This document shows, in pieces, positions 1 to 8,821 of a DNA stretch of 64,000 nucleotides (its first letter is position 1; every line of letters starts with the position of its first letter). The position numbers and the translations under genes are program-made. The notes under the pieces are model-generated. The model had not been told where the DNA came from, searched no databases, and worked only from the letters and a program-made list of their open reading frames with translations. Source of the DNA: Roseobacter sp. (GTDB lineage Bacteria > Pseudomonadota > Alphaproteobacteria > Rhodobacterales > Rhodobacteraceae). The DNA is taken from positions 881-64,880 of the forward strand of contig NZ_JAHEHZ010000001.1 of the NCBI RefSeq assembly GCF_024639605.1, written 5' to 3'.

Positions 1-218
1 GGCACAATTATCAGCGCACCCACTGAGGCCAGTACCGCGTTCATGCCCGGGCTTCTGAACCCGATGCCGAACATCAGCGTGATGAAATAAAACACAAACG
101 CCCCGCCCACGCAGATGATGATGCTCTGCAGGATACCGTTATGAGTAAAGCCCGTGCGTTCGGCGACATATCCGACGATGCCCGCGATGACGACTGTGCC
201 GATCAGTGTTGGAAACAT
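1..218 (-). CDS. Small hydrophobic membrane protein, runs off the left edge (MFPTLIGTVVIAGIVGYVAERTGFTHNGILQSIIICVGGAFVFYFITLMFG...); possibly GlsB/YeaQ/YmgE-like
   Basis: Translated by hand; ATG at 218 preceded by AGGAG just after the fmt stop; about 3 hydrophobic segments; not in the ORF track. Confidence 0.65.
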   Translation of the reverse strand, partial: MFPTLIGTVVIAGIVGYVAERTGFTHNGILQSIIICVGGAFVFYFITLMFGIGFRSPGMNAVLASVGALIIV

Positions 219-229
219 GCGCTTTCTCC

Positions 230-1135
230 TCAGAGGACCGTGCCGGGGGCCAGAAGCCGGCCCCGCAGGAATTCATCAGCGTTTTGCGGGCTGCCACCAG
301 CACGTTGCAGGCGTATGAGCTCAACCGCATCCTCTCCACAGGCGACCCGCAGCGGGTTGTGCAGCACAGTGCCGGGAACGCCCTCGCCGTCGGCAATTCG
401 CGAGGCCAGCAATTTGATGCGGGTTTCTCCCTGCGTCGTCCAGGCGCCGGGAAACGGCGAGAGCCCGCGGATCCGGCGGTCGTTTTCTTCTGCCGGGCAG
501 GTCCAGTCAATGTGCGCTTCAGCTTTGTCGACCTTTGCTGCATAGGTCACGCCGGTCTCAGGTTGCGGTTGCGGCACCAGCGTCGGCAGGGCTTCCAGCG
601 CCCGGGTGATCAGCGCTGCCCCGATCGCGCTCAGCCGGTCGTGCAGTGCGCCTGTGGTTTCTTCGGCGCCGATCGGCGTGGCCTCGCGCAGGAGCACCGG
701 GCCGGTATCGAGCCCAGCCTCCATCTGCATAATGCAGACACCGGTCTGCATGTCTCCGGCCATAATCGCGCGGTGAATCGGAGCCGCCCCGCGCCAGCGT
801 GGCAACAGACTGGCATGGATGTTCAGACAGCCCTGCGCGGGGGCATCCAGAACCGCCTGCGGCAGGATCAGACCATAGGCCACCACAACCGCCACATCCG
901 CGTTCAGAGCTGCAAAGTCTTTCTGCGCCTCTTCGGATTTCAGCGAGACCGGGTGACGCACATCCAGTCCCATTTCGCGGGCGCGTGCCTCAACCGGGAC
1001 CGGTCGTTCCTTTTTGCCCCGGCCTGCGGGGCGCGGCGGCTGGCAATAGACACAGACAATCTCATGGCCGGCGGCAACCAGCGCTTCCAGTACCGGCACG
1101 GAAAACTCCGGCGTTCCCATGAAAATCACACGCAT
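230..1135 (-). CDS. fmt: Methionyl-tRNA formyltransferase
   Basis: [13 protein letters not shown]-terminus, [19 protein letters not shown] motif, next to def genes. Confidence 0.98.
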   Translation of the reverse strand: MRVIFMGTPEFSVPVLEALVAAGHEIVCVYCQPPRPAGRGKKERPVPVEARAREMGLDVRHPVSLKSEEAQKDFAALNADVAVVVAYGLILPQAVLDAPAQGCLNIHASLLPRWRGAAPIHRAIMAGDMQTGVCIMQMEAGLDTGPVLLREATPIGAEETTGALHDRLSAIGAALITRALEALPTLVPQPQPETGVTYAAKVDKAEAHIDWTCPAEENDRRIRGLSPFPGAWTTQGETRIKLLASRIADGEGVPGTVLHNPLRVACGEDAVELIRLQRAGGSPQNADEFLRGRLLAPGTVL

Positions 1136-1150
1136 AACCCGTCCCGCCCT

Positions 1151-1648
1151 TCAGCCGCGCAGCTTGCGCGCTTTGCGCAGCAGCATATCCCGTTTCACTT
1201 TGCTCAGGCGGTCGAAATACATTCTGCCGTTCAGGTGATCGATCTGGTGCTGCACGCTCGTGGCCTCCAGCCCGACGAAATCGCGCCGCGCCGTGGCGCC
1301 GGTCTCATCCAGAAAGCGGACAGCGACACCGCGAGGTCGTCTGATAACCGCACTGAAGCCCGGAAGGTTCGGGCTCGCCTCATCATGCTCGTTGAAGACG
1401 GAGGACGCATCAATGATCTCCGGGTTGGCCATCCTGATCCGCCGGTCACGCGCATCCGAGGCATCGACCACGGCCACCCGCAGCATCACGCCGATCTGCG
1501 GCGCGGCCAGCCCCACGCCAGGCATCGCGTCCATCGTCTCGATCATATCGTCCCACAGGGTGCGGATTTCATCCGTGACAGCCCCGACCGGTTCCGCCAC
1601 GGTTCGCAGACGCGGATCGGGCCACATCACAAAAGCGCGCTGTGTCAT
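1151..1648 (-). CDS. def: Peptide deformylase-like protein with degenerate metal/catalytic motifs
   Basis: GVGLAAPQIG intact, but EASPN replaces EGCLS and QHQIDH replaces QHExDH. Confidence 0.88.
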   Translation of the reverse strand: MTQRAFVMWPDPRLRTVAEPVGAVTDEIRTLWDDMIETMDAMPGVGLAAPQIGVMLRVAVVDASDARDRRIRMANPEIIDASSVFNEHDEASPNLPGFSAVIRRPRGVAVRFLDETGATARRDFVGLEATSVQHQIDHLNGRMYFDRLSKVKRDMLLRKARKLRG

Positions 1649-2148
1649 GTCAGTGCTGCGTCCCGTAAGCGCAGCAGATTATCCCGGACCGGTTCACTCA
1701 GATGATCCAGAGTGACAACGCCGTTCAGGTGATCAAGCTCATGCTGCACACAAGCCGCCTCAAACCCCTCAAACCACGCGTGCTGCTGCGCGCCCTGCAG
1801 ATCGGTCCAGCCCATCCTGACCCGTGCCGGGCGCGTTACCCCCGCCAGAACGCCGCGGATCGATAGGCAACCTTCATCTTGTGTCACTTCGTCCTCGGAG
1901 ACTGAAATCAGCACAGGGTTGATAAAAACCACCGGCGCGGGCTCTGCATCTTTCCAGCGCGCATCGATCACAAAAATACGTTGCATCACACCCACTTGCG
2001 GGGCAGCCAGGCCGCGCCCGGGTGCAGCATACATCGTCTCGAGCATGTCCGCAGCGAGGCGCGCGATATCGGGTGTGACGGCAGGAATATCCGCACAAAC
2101 CTGAGCCAGGCGCGGATCCGGCCACTGCACAATCGGCAGGATGCTCAT
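1645..2148 (-). CDS. def: Peptide deformylase
   Basis: GRGLAAPQVG, EGCLS and QHELDHLNG motifs intact. Confidence 0.95.
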   Translation of the reverse strand: MSILPIVQWPDPRLAQVCADIPAVTPDIARLAADMLETMYAAPGRGLAAPQVGVMQRIFVIDARWKDAEPAPVVFINPVLISVSEDEVTQDEGCLSIRGVLAGVTRPARVRMGWTDLQGAQQHAWFEGFEAACVQHELDHLNGVVTLDHLSEPVRDNLLRLRDAALT

Positions 2149-2663
2149 GCGCGCGCCAGTTCGCGTTTCAGTTTGACCATCTTGCGGGTGATCATCTGGC
2201 GCCGGAGCGGCTTGAGATAATCGATAAAGAGTTTGCCATCGAGGTGATCGATTTCATGCTGTGCACAGGTCGCCCAGAGCCCGGAAAATGTCTCCTGCTG
2301 CTCTTTGCCATTCCGGTCGATCCAGCGCACATCTACTTCCGCCGGGCGGGTGACATCGGCAAACTGTTCAGGGATAGACAGGCAGCCTTCCTCATAGACG
2401 CTGGTCTCGTCTGAGGCCGCGATGATTTCCGGGTTGAACATAATCAGCGGGCGGGGTGTTTCATTCTCGCCTTTCACGCAATCGAGCACAATCAGACGCT
2501 CCGGCACGCCGACCTGAGGTGCCGCCAGCCCGATACCCGGTGCATCATACATCGTTTCCAGCATATCATCCGCCAGTGTGCGCAGCGCATCGCTGAGATC
2601 AGCAACAGGGGCGGCGGTCTTTTTCAGCCGCGGGTCAGGATGCAGAAGGATGTTGCGTTTCAT
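2145..2663 (-). CDS. def: Peptide deformylase (likely main copy; alternative start 2672)
   Basis: GIGLAAPQVG, EGCLS and QHEIDHLDG motifs intact. Confidence 0.96.
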   Translation of the reverse strand: MKRNILLHPDPRLKKTAAPVADLSDALRTLADDMLETMYDAPGIGLAAPQVGVPERLIVLDCVKGENETPRPLIMFNPEIIAASDETSVYEEGCLSIPEQFADVTRPAEVDVRWIDRNGKEQQETFSGLWATCAQHEIDHLDGKLFIDYLKPLRRQMITRKMVKLKRELARA

Positions 2664-2773
2664 GGCTTTCATTTAGGCGAGGAATGCCCGCGCTGCAACA
2701 CACAGAGCGCAACGGCCCCTTGCAGAGGAGCACAAACCGGTTAGCTATGCAGCATCATGTTCAGGAGAAAACG

Positions 2774-3970
2774 ATGACCGTCCAGCCCGTTACCGACCCG
2801 CGCTTTGATACCATGATTGACCGTCGCGGCACCCACAGCGGCAAATGGGACTACATGGAGCGCCTTTACGGGGTGTCGCCGGACGACGGGATTGCCATGT
2901 GGACCGCGGACAGTGACTGGCCCACAGCACCCTGCGTGATCGACGCGGTGCGGCGTGCGGCGGATCACGGGATTTTTGGCTACGTGCCGGCTTATGATGA
3001 CTACCACGCCGCCATTCAGTGGTGGATGAAGAACCGGCACGGCTGGGAGATCGGGCAAAACTGGATCCTGACGGCACAGGGTCTGGGCAACGCAATTGCG
3101 GTCGTGCTCGATGTCTGCAGCGCGCCCGGAGACCATGTGGTGACATTCACGCCAGTCTATCATGAATTCCGGCTGAAGATTAATCGTGCGGGTCGGCACG
3201 TGACCGAATGTCCGCTGACGCGTGACGGTGACCGCTATGAGCTTGATCTTGAGGACGCGCAGAGCCGGCTAACCGGCAACGAAACTGTGCTGCTCTGGTG
3301 CTCGCCGCAAAACCCTTCGGGGCGGGTCTGGACGGCGGATGAACTGCGCGCGGTGGCGGATTTTGCGCGCCGCAATGATCTCATTCTCGTGTCAGACGAG
3401 GTGCATCAGGATCTTGTCTATCCGGGTCACCGGTTCGTGCCGATGCATGTGGCAGCACCCGACATCACCGACAGGCTCATCGTTGCTACGGCGGCGTCCA
3501 AGACTTTTAATATTGCGGGCCAGCGGACGGGCAACATGATTATCCCCGATGTTACTCTGCGCAAGCGTATTGCTGCACGCCTCAGCGACCTTGATTACAA
3601 ACCTTCATCACTCGGGCTTATGATGATCGAAGCGGCCTACTCCGAAGAAGGTGCCGAATGGGCGGACGCCCAGGTACGGTATCTGTCGGAAAACGTAGCG
3701 CTTTTTAACTCGGCGATGGATGCCATTCCGGGCGTGCACGCGCTTCCGCTGGAAGCCACGTATCTGGCATGGGTCGACTTCTCCGGTACCGGTATGAGCT
3801 ATGAGGAGATTTCGGAGCGGGTTCTGAAAACGGCCCGCATCGCACCAAGCGCAGGTCCCGACTTCGGAACCGGCGGCGAAAGCTTCCTGCGCTTTAATCT
3901 GGCGACACCAAGGGCACGGGTTCAGGAAGCCTGTGACCGTCTGACGGCCGCGTTCAGCGACCTGCAGTAG
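2774..3970 (+). CDS. MalY/PatB-family PLP enzyme (cystathionine beta-lyase-like)
   Basis: MWTADSD, LCSPQNPSGRVW-like, SDEVH and ASKTFNIAG (PLP Lys) motifs; AGGAG before ATG 2774. Confidence 0.92.
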   Translation: MTVQPVTDPRFDTMIDRRGTHSGKWDYMERLYGVSPDDGIAMWTADSDWPTAPCVIDAVRRAADHGIFGYVPAYDDYHAAIQWWMKNRHGWEIGQNWILTAQGLGNAIAVVLDVCSAPGDHVVTFTPVYHEFRLKINRAGRHVTECPLTRDGDRYELDLEDAQSRLTGNETVLLWCSPQNPSGRVWTADELRAVADFARRNDLILVSDEVHQDLVYPGHRFVPMHVAAPDITDRLIVATAASKTFNIAGQRTGNMIIPDVTLRKRIAARLSDLDYKPSSLGLMMIEAAYSEEGAEWADAQVRYLSENVALFNSAMDAIPGVHALPLEATYLAWVDFSGTGMSYEEISERVLKTARIAPSAGPDFGTGGESFLRFNLATPRARVQEACDRLTAAFSDLQ

Positions 3971-4328
3971 GTTCGGCCTGTCGTCCGTCGGCGATCAGGC
4001 CAACGGGCGTATCGTCGGGAAGTTCGAAATCGAGTGCGGCTTTTCCCGTGACAGCGGTGGCGCGTTTGAACTCGTACTGCATCTCGCCCGCTTCTTCTTC
4101 GGCGGCGACGATCAGACACTGAAAAAGATGGACGCTCCCGTCGTAAAGATCGACGAAGCCGCGAAGCGAAGGGCCCCCGGCCTGCGTCGTGAAGCCGGAT
4201 TTCCACATACGCAGCACGGGCGTCAGTTCTCCGGCCACATCTACCCTCAGACGGGTGGATTTGCGCAAAGCCGCAAGGCGCGCCTCATTCAGACCGTCCT
4301 GAATTTCTTTGGAAAAGATCGCTTCCAT
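3954..4328 (-). CDS. Hypothetical protein (~124 aa)
   Basis: ORF with plausible composition in the gap between two convergent or divergent genes; start moved to MEAIFS. Confidence 0.7.
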   Translation of the reverse strand: MEAIFSKEIQDGLNEARLAALRKSTRLRVDVAGELTPVLRMWKSGFTTQAGGPSLRGFVDLYDGSVHLFQCLIVAAEEEAGEMQYEFKRATAVTGKAALDFELPDDTPVGLIADGRQAEPTAGR

Positions 4329-4505
4329 ACCACTGCACTCCGTTAACATACGGTCTCAGGTTGGCGTCTGATGTACAAAAATCAAGTAAAGAATTCATAG
4401 TTTTGCCACAGTTATGTGCGCGCCTGCCGCCCCGCCTGCGCATTTCTGCCGGTATGCCCTCCTGACCCGCAGGGCTAAGTTCATCAGCAAAATAAGGAGT
4501 TCAAC

Positions 4506-5480
4506 ATGGGTCTTCTCGTTGACGGCGTATGGCACGACAAGTGGTACGACACCGGGTCCACCGGTGGAAAATTCAAACGCGCGGATGCAAAATTCCGGAA
4601 CTGGGTAACGCCCGATGGTGCGCCGGGGCCGTCCGGCGACGGGGGCTTCGCCGCCGATTCGGGGCGTTATCACCTCTACGTCAGCTACGCCTGTCCATGG
4701 GCTCATCGTGCGCTGATCTTTCGAAAGCTCAAAGGGCTGGAGCCGCATATCGAGGTATCGGCGGTTCACCCCGACATGCTGGGGGACGGCTGGACGTTCC
4801 GGACAGATGAATGCGGGGCGACCGGAGACCGGCTCTATGGTCTGCCATTCGCCCGCGACATCTATACCCGCGCAGACCCGGTGTTCTCCGGGCGTGTAAC
4901 AGTGCCTGTCCTGTGGGACAAAGAGCGTGAAACAATTGTCTCGAATGAGAGTTCCGAGATCATCCGGATGTTCAATTCCGCATTTGACAGGGTGACGGGG
5001 AACACGGACGACTACTGGCCTGCTGGTCTTCGCGAGGCGATCGCGCCGGTCAATGACAGGATCTACGACACCCTCAACAACGGTGTTTACAAATGTGGTT
5101 TTGCCACCAGCCAGGAGGCCTATGACGGCGCGGTGCACCCGCTTTTTGACACACTGGACTGGATTGAGGCGCGCCTGACAGACAACCGTTATCTGATGGG
5201 CGACCGTCTGACCGAAGCGGACTGGCGCCTTTTCACGACGCTGATCCGGTTTGATCAGGTCTATCACCTGCATTTTAAATGCAACCGCCGGCGGATCATT
5301 GATTACCCGGCAATGCAGGGCTATCTGCGCGAGCTTTATCAGATGCCTGGTGTCGCGGAGACTGTGAACTTTGACCACATCGTCCGGCATTATCATTACA
5401 GCCACGAGACGATCAATCCGCACCGAATCATCCCGATCAACCCTGTGCCGGATTTTGACGCGCCGCACGGGCGCGGCTGA
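4506..5480 (+). CDS. Glutathionyl-hydroquinone reductase (YqjG/omega-like GST)
   Basis: MGLLVDGVW start, YVSYACPWAHR, TVPVLWD and IVSNESSEI motifs; AAGGAG RBS. Confidence 0.93.
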   Translation: MGLLVDGVWHDKWYDTGSTGGKFKRADAKFRNWVTPDGAPGPSGDGGFAADSGRYHLYVSYACPWAHRALIFRKLKGLEPHIEVSAVHPDMLGDGWTFRTDECGATGDRLYGLPFARDIYTRADPVFSGRVTVPVLWDKERETIVSNESSEIIRMFNSAFDRVTGNTDDYWPAGLREAIAPVNDRIYDTLNNGVYKCGFATSQEAYDGAVHPLFDTLDWIEARLTDNRYLMGDRLTEADWRLFTTLIRFDQVYHLHFKCNRRRIIDYPAMQGYLRELYQMPGVAETVNFDHIVRHYHYSHETINPHRIIPINPVPDFDAPHGRG

Positions 5481-5488
5481 TCTGCGGT

Positions 5489-5875
5489 TCAGGCCGGCGA
5501 GGGCCCAATGTGCTCGTCCTTGTGCCCGTGGTGCTCCACCATGGCTGTCAGGTCGTCCGGTGGCGTGCGGGTCGGAAGGAACGCACAGGCATTTGAAACC
5601 ACAGAAAAGATCGATCCGTCGGAGAAAAACGAAGTATTGGTGACAAAAATGATCCGCGCTTCAGGGTGGCGGTAGCTGGCATAGTCCGCAATTGCGAGTG
5701 CTGAGCCTTCTGCAATGACCAGGTTCATGACGATCACATCGACATCGTACGAACTCAGGAAAGCGATGGCCCGCCCCTGATCTGCCACGCGCGACACGGC
5801 CATGCCGGCACGCTCAAGGTGCCCCTGCCAGAGACCTCCGAGATTATTGTCGCATTCGACGATGAGAACTTTCAC
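5489..5875 (-). CDS. osp: Single-domain atypical response regulator (Osp-like pseudo-receiver); GTG start assumed
   Basis: Receiver fold pattern KVLIVE...DVIVMNL...IIFVT...FFSDGSIF; acceptor Asp is Asn and the conserved Lys is absent; upstream CtrA box. The osp symbol is recalled from resemblance to R. sphaeroides Osp. Confidence 0.65.
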   Translation of the reverse strand: MKVLIVECDNNLGGLWQGHLERAGMAVSRVADQGRAIAFLSSYDVDVIVMNLVIAEGSALAIADYASYRHPEARIIFVTNTSFFSDGSIFSVVSNACAFLPTRTPPDDLTAMVEHHGHKDEHIGPSPA

Positions 5876-5932
5876 GAAAATACCTACCGAATTACTAATT
5901 GTAACGCATGACACTGTCGTCGGCTTGAAAGT

Positions 5933-5947
5933 TTAACAAATATTTAA
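5933..5947. promoter_or_regulatory. CtrA-binding site (TTAA-N7-TTAA)
   Basis: TTAA CAAATAT TTAA, an exact full-site match 58 bp upstream of the Osp-like gene. Confidence 0.75.
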
Positions 5948-6199
5948 TTTGCCGGCACCTGTACAAATACGCGGCGTCCGGCTTGCGTCGGTGGCCATAA
6001 TCCGCTTTCTCAAAGCCTGCGACGCGCGGATTAACGCCTGGAAATTCACTCAACTCAAAGGTGAATATTATTTCACTCAGCTCAAATCCGCAAGTCTGCG
6101 CGTGTGGATCGCCCTGGTCGTCGAACCTGACCGGGGTTTCAGCATGATATCAGCTGCCTGCAGCCCCGGCATCCCGGACCCGGGGTCCGGAGACCCCTC

Positions 6200-7108
6200 T
6201 TGAGTCTGGCTGCCCTGCTCATTTTCGCGCTTTTACTGGACGCGCTTTTCGGGGAGCCGGCGTGGCTGTGGTCACGCCTGCCCCACCCTGCCGTGCTCAT
6301 GGGACGGCTTGTCGGCGCGCTCGACCGCCGCCTGAACACCGGAGACAGGCGCGGGGCAGCGGGGGCCTTTGCCGCGGTGATTCTCGTGGCGACCGGCCTT
6401 GTCACGGGATTTCTGCTCTCGCTGGCGGGGCCGCTCGCCGAAATCATCATTGCGGCCGTTCTGCTCGCACAGCGCTCTCTGGTCCAGCACGTCGTGGCAG
6501 TGTCTGCGGGGCTGCGGTCTTCCTGCGATGAAGGTCGCGCCTCCGTGTCAATGATCGTCAGCCGCGACACCTCTGCGATGGATGAGAGCGCCATTGCCCG
6601 CTCCGCAATCGAAAGTGCGGCAGAGAACCTCTCGGACGGGGTAATTGCACCCGCGTTCTGGTTTCTGATCGGCGGACTGCCCGGCATTGTCACATACAAA
6701 CTGATCAATACGGCTGACAGCATGATCGGCTACCGCACTGAGAAATACGAAGCGTTCGGGCGGGCTGCCGCACGGCTCGATGATCTGATGAACCTGATCC
6801 CGGCCCGTCTGACAGCGCTCCTGCTCGCTCTGGCCGGGCGCGTCACTGATCTGCGCGGCGTGCGTGCGGATGCCGGGCTGCACCGCTCGCCCAACGCGGG
6901 CTGGCCTGAAGCGGCCCTGTCGCGCGCGCTCGGGATCGCGCTCTCGGGGCCCCGCGCCTATGACGGCAGGATGCAGGATTTTGCCTTCGTCAATGAAAAC
7001 GGCAGGCGCGTGCTCTCTGATGTGGACATTGACACCGCCATCGCCATGCTGTGGCGTGCCTGGGCTCTGTTTCTGGCCTTGTGTTTTGTTCTTGTCATCC
7101 TGTTCTGA
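6200..7108 (+). CDS. cobD: Adenosylcobinamide-phosphate synthase CbiB/CobD
   Basis: [51 protein letters not shown] motifs. Confidence 0.95.
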   Translation: MSLAALLIFALLLDALFGEPAWLWSRLPHPAVLMGRLVGALDRRLNTGDRRGAAGAFAAVILVATGLVTGFLLSLAGPLAEIIIAAVLLAQRSLVQHVVAVSAGLRSSCDEGRASVSMIVSRDTSAMDESAIARSAIESAAENLSDGVIAPAFWFLIGGLPGIVTYKLINTADSMIGYRTEKYEAFGRAAARLDDLMNLIPARLTALLLALAGRVTDLRGVRADAGLHRSPNAGWPEAALSRALGIALSGPRAYDGRMQDFAFVNENGRRVLSDVDIDTAIAMLWRAWALFLALCFVLVILF

Positions 7109-7121
7109 ACGGAGTTCCGCG

Positions 7122-8291
7122 ATGCGTCCTGCCTCACTCATCCTCGCCCTGACCCTTGCCACAGCCCCCCTTGCAGCCCAGGCCTGTGGCGGCTCGTTTT
7201 CCGCTTTCGTCGCGGATCTCGAGCGCGAGTCAGTGTCACGCGGACATGATCCGGCGGCGGCCAGACGTTTCTTTTCCGGGATCCGGCAAAGCCCTTCTGT
7301 GCTCAAAGCCGACCGCGCCCAGGGTGTCTTTCAGAAACCCTTTATCGATTTTGCCCGCAATCTCATCTCGACCTCCCGTCTGAAACAGGGTCAGGCCAAG
7401 AGCGGACAGTATGATGCAGTTTTCGACCGGATTGAGCGCAATTACGGAGTGAACCGCGGCGTACTGCTGGCCTTTTGGGCGTTCGAGACCGATTACGGAG
7501 GTTTTCAGGGTAATTTCAACACCGCCAACGCGCTGGTGACGCTGTCGCACGATTGCCGGCGGCCTGAGCTTTTCCGCCCCCAGGTCTTTGCCGCCCTCGA
7601 GCTTTACGAGCGCGGCGCTTTTGATCCGGCCACCACCACAGGCGCCTGGGCCGGTGAGATCGGCATGGTGCAGATGCTGCCCCGCGACATCATCGAAAGC
7701 GGTGTGGACGCTGACGGCGACGGTCGTGTCTCGCTGAAAACTTCCGCGCCGGATGCACTGACCTCCGGGGCCGCAATGCTGAGCAGCTTTGGCTGGCGGG
7801 CAGGTGAGCCATGGCTGCAGGAAGTGCGCGTGCCGGCCGGCATGGACTGGTCACAAAGTGGTGTCGACGTGGCAAAGCCGGTACGCGAGTGGGAAGCCAT
7901 GGGCGTTTCCGCACGCTCCGGGAACCTGTCCCGCGGGCTCACCGCGTCCCTCATCCTGCCACAGGGGCATAAGGGGCCGGCCTTTCTCGCGTATCCGAAT
8001 TTCAATGTCTATTTCGACTGGAACCAGAGCTTTACCTATGTGCTGACGGCCGCCTATTTCGCCACCCGGCTGGAAGGGGCACCGGTCTTTGACGCGCGCA
8101 CACCAGAGCCCGGCCTGTCTGGCGCAGACATGAAATCGTTGCAGCGCAAGCTTCAGGCGCGCGGCTATGACGTTGGAAAAATCGATGGCATCCTTGGCGC
8201 GGGGACCCGGGCCGCGGTGCAGAAAGAACAGGCCCGACTTGGTCTGCCGGCGGATGCCTGGCCCACACCTGCGCTGCTGGCGCGTCTCTGA
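7122..8291 (+). CDS. Lytic murein transglycosylase (MltB/SLT_2) with C-terminal peptidoglycan-binding domain
   Basis: Signal peptide, FWAFETDYG, GAWAGEIGMVQMLP, C-terminal GYDVGKIDGILGAGTRAAV. Confidence 0.92.
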   Translation: MRPASLILALTLATAPLAAQACGGSFSAFVADLERESVSRGHDPAAARRFFSGIRQSPSVLKADRAQGVFQKPFIDFARNLISTSRLKQGQAKSGQYDAVFDRIERNYGVNRGVLLAFWAFETDYGGFQGNFNTANALVTLSHDCRRPELFRPQVFAALELYERGAFDPATTTGAWAGEIGMVQMLPRDIIESGVDADGDGRVSLKTSAPDALTSGAAMLSSFGWRAGEPWLQEVRVPAGMDWSQSGVDVAKPVREWEAMGVSARSGNLSRGLTASLILPQGHKGPAFLAYPNFNVYFDWNQSFTYVLTAAYFATRLEGAPVFDARTPEPGLSGADMKSLQRKLQARGYDVGKIDGILGAGTRAAVQKEQARLGLPADAWPTPALLARL

Positions 8292-8374
8292 CGTACAGGC
8301 CGTTAACGTCTTTTTAGCCGCTTTTGTCTAAAACCCTACGCGAAACAATCATTCAGGTTTGTTTTCTACCTTCC

Positions 8375-8404
8375 GACCCTGTCCGGGCCAGCCCCGGCAG
8401 GGTC
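8375..8404. terminator. GC-rich hairpin between convergent genes
   Basis: GACCCTG(T)CCGGG-CCAGC-CCCGGCAGGGTC inverted repeat. Confidence 0.5.
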
Positions 8405-8771
8405 ATTGTTTCTGAGCGGGCCGGACGGGATATCGTTCGCCATCTTCGGTAAGCAGCACAATGCGCCCGGCGCTCTCCACATACCTGTCACATCGCGAAA
8501 AACCATTAAAGTAAGCGATACATACCGTCCCGTCAGCGGCGATACTGTAGCGACCGGGCGCAGACTGACCGCTTACATAGGTATAGGAATAAGTATCGCC
8601 CGGTCCGTAAGCCGAGCGACCGCCGTCATAAAAGACAAGCGTCCGGCCCGCCGTAAGGGTATCGACCTGTTCGGCTGTCAGGCTTCGGTCACTGTCGCGC
8701 AGTGCCCAGTCCTGAGACAGACCAGGCCCCGCGGAAAGAGATATGCAGATAAAAAGCGCCAGATGTTTCAT
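8403..8771 (-). CDS. Small exported hypothetical protein (122 aa)
   Basis: Signal-peptide-like MKHLALFICISLSAGPGLSQ, beta-rich body, Cys pair; follows smc. Confidence 0.75.
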   Translation of the reverse strand: MKHLALFICISLSAGPGLSQDWALRDSDRSLTAEQVDTLTAGRTLVFYDGGRSAYGPGDTYSYTYVSGQSAPGRYSIAADGTVCIAYFNGFSRCDRYVESAGRIVLLTEDGERYPVRPAQKQ

Positions 8772-8821
8772 CGTGTCACGCTCGCACAGAAGCCGGCCCG
8801 TGCGCATACACGTTCAGGTGA

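Noticed and set aside
206-1705. 499-aa plus-strand ORF over fmt/def, and other long antisense ORFs (e.g. 9965-12424, 38059-39351, 40469-42148, 47163-48971, 51666-53024)
   Set aside because: Shadow ORFs opposite well-supported genes, expected in high-GC DNA; no motifs or RBS
5949-6203. 84-aa ORF as a cobC remnant
   Set aside because: TTG start without RBS and no PLP-decarboxylase motifs
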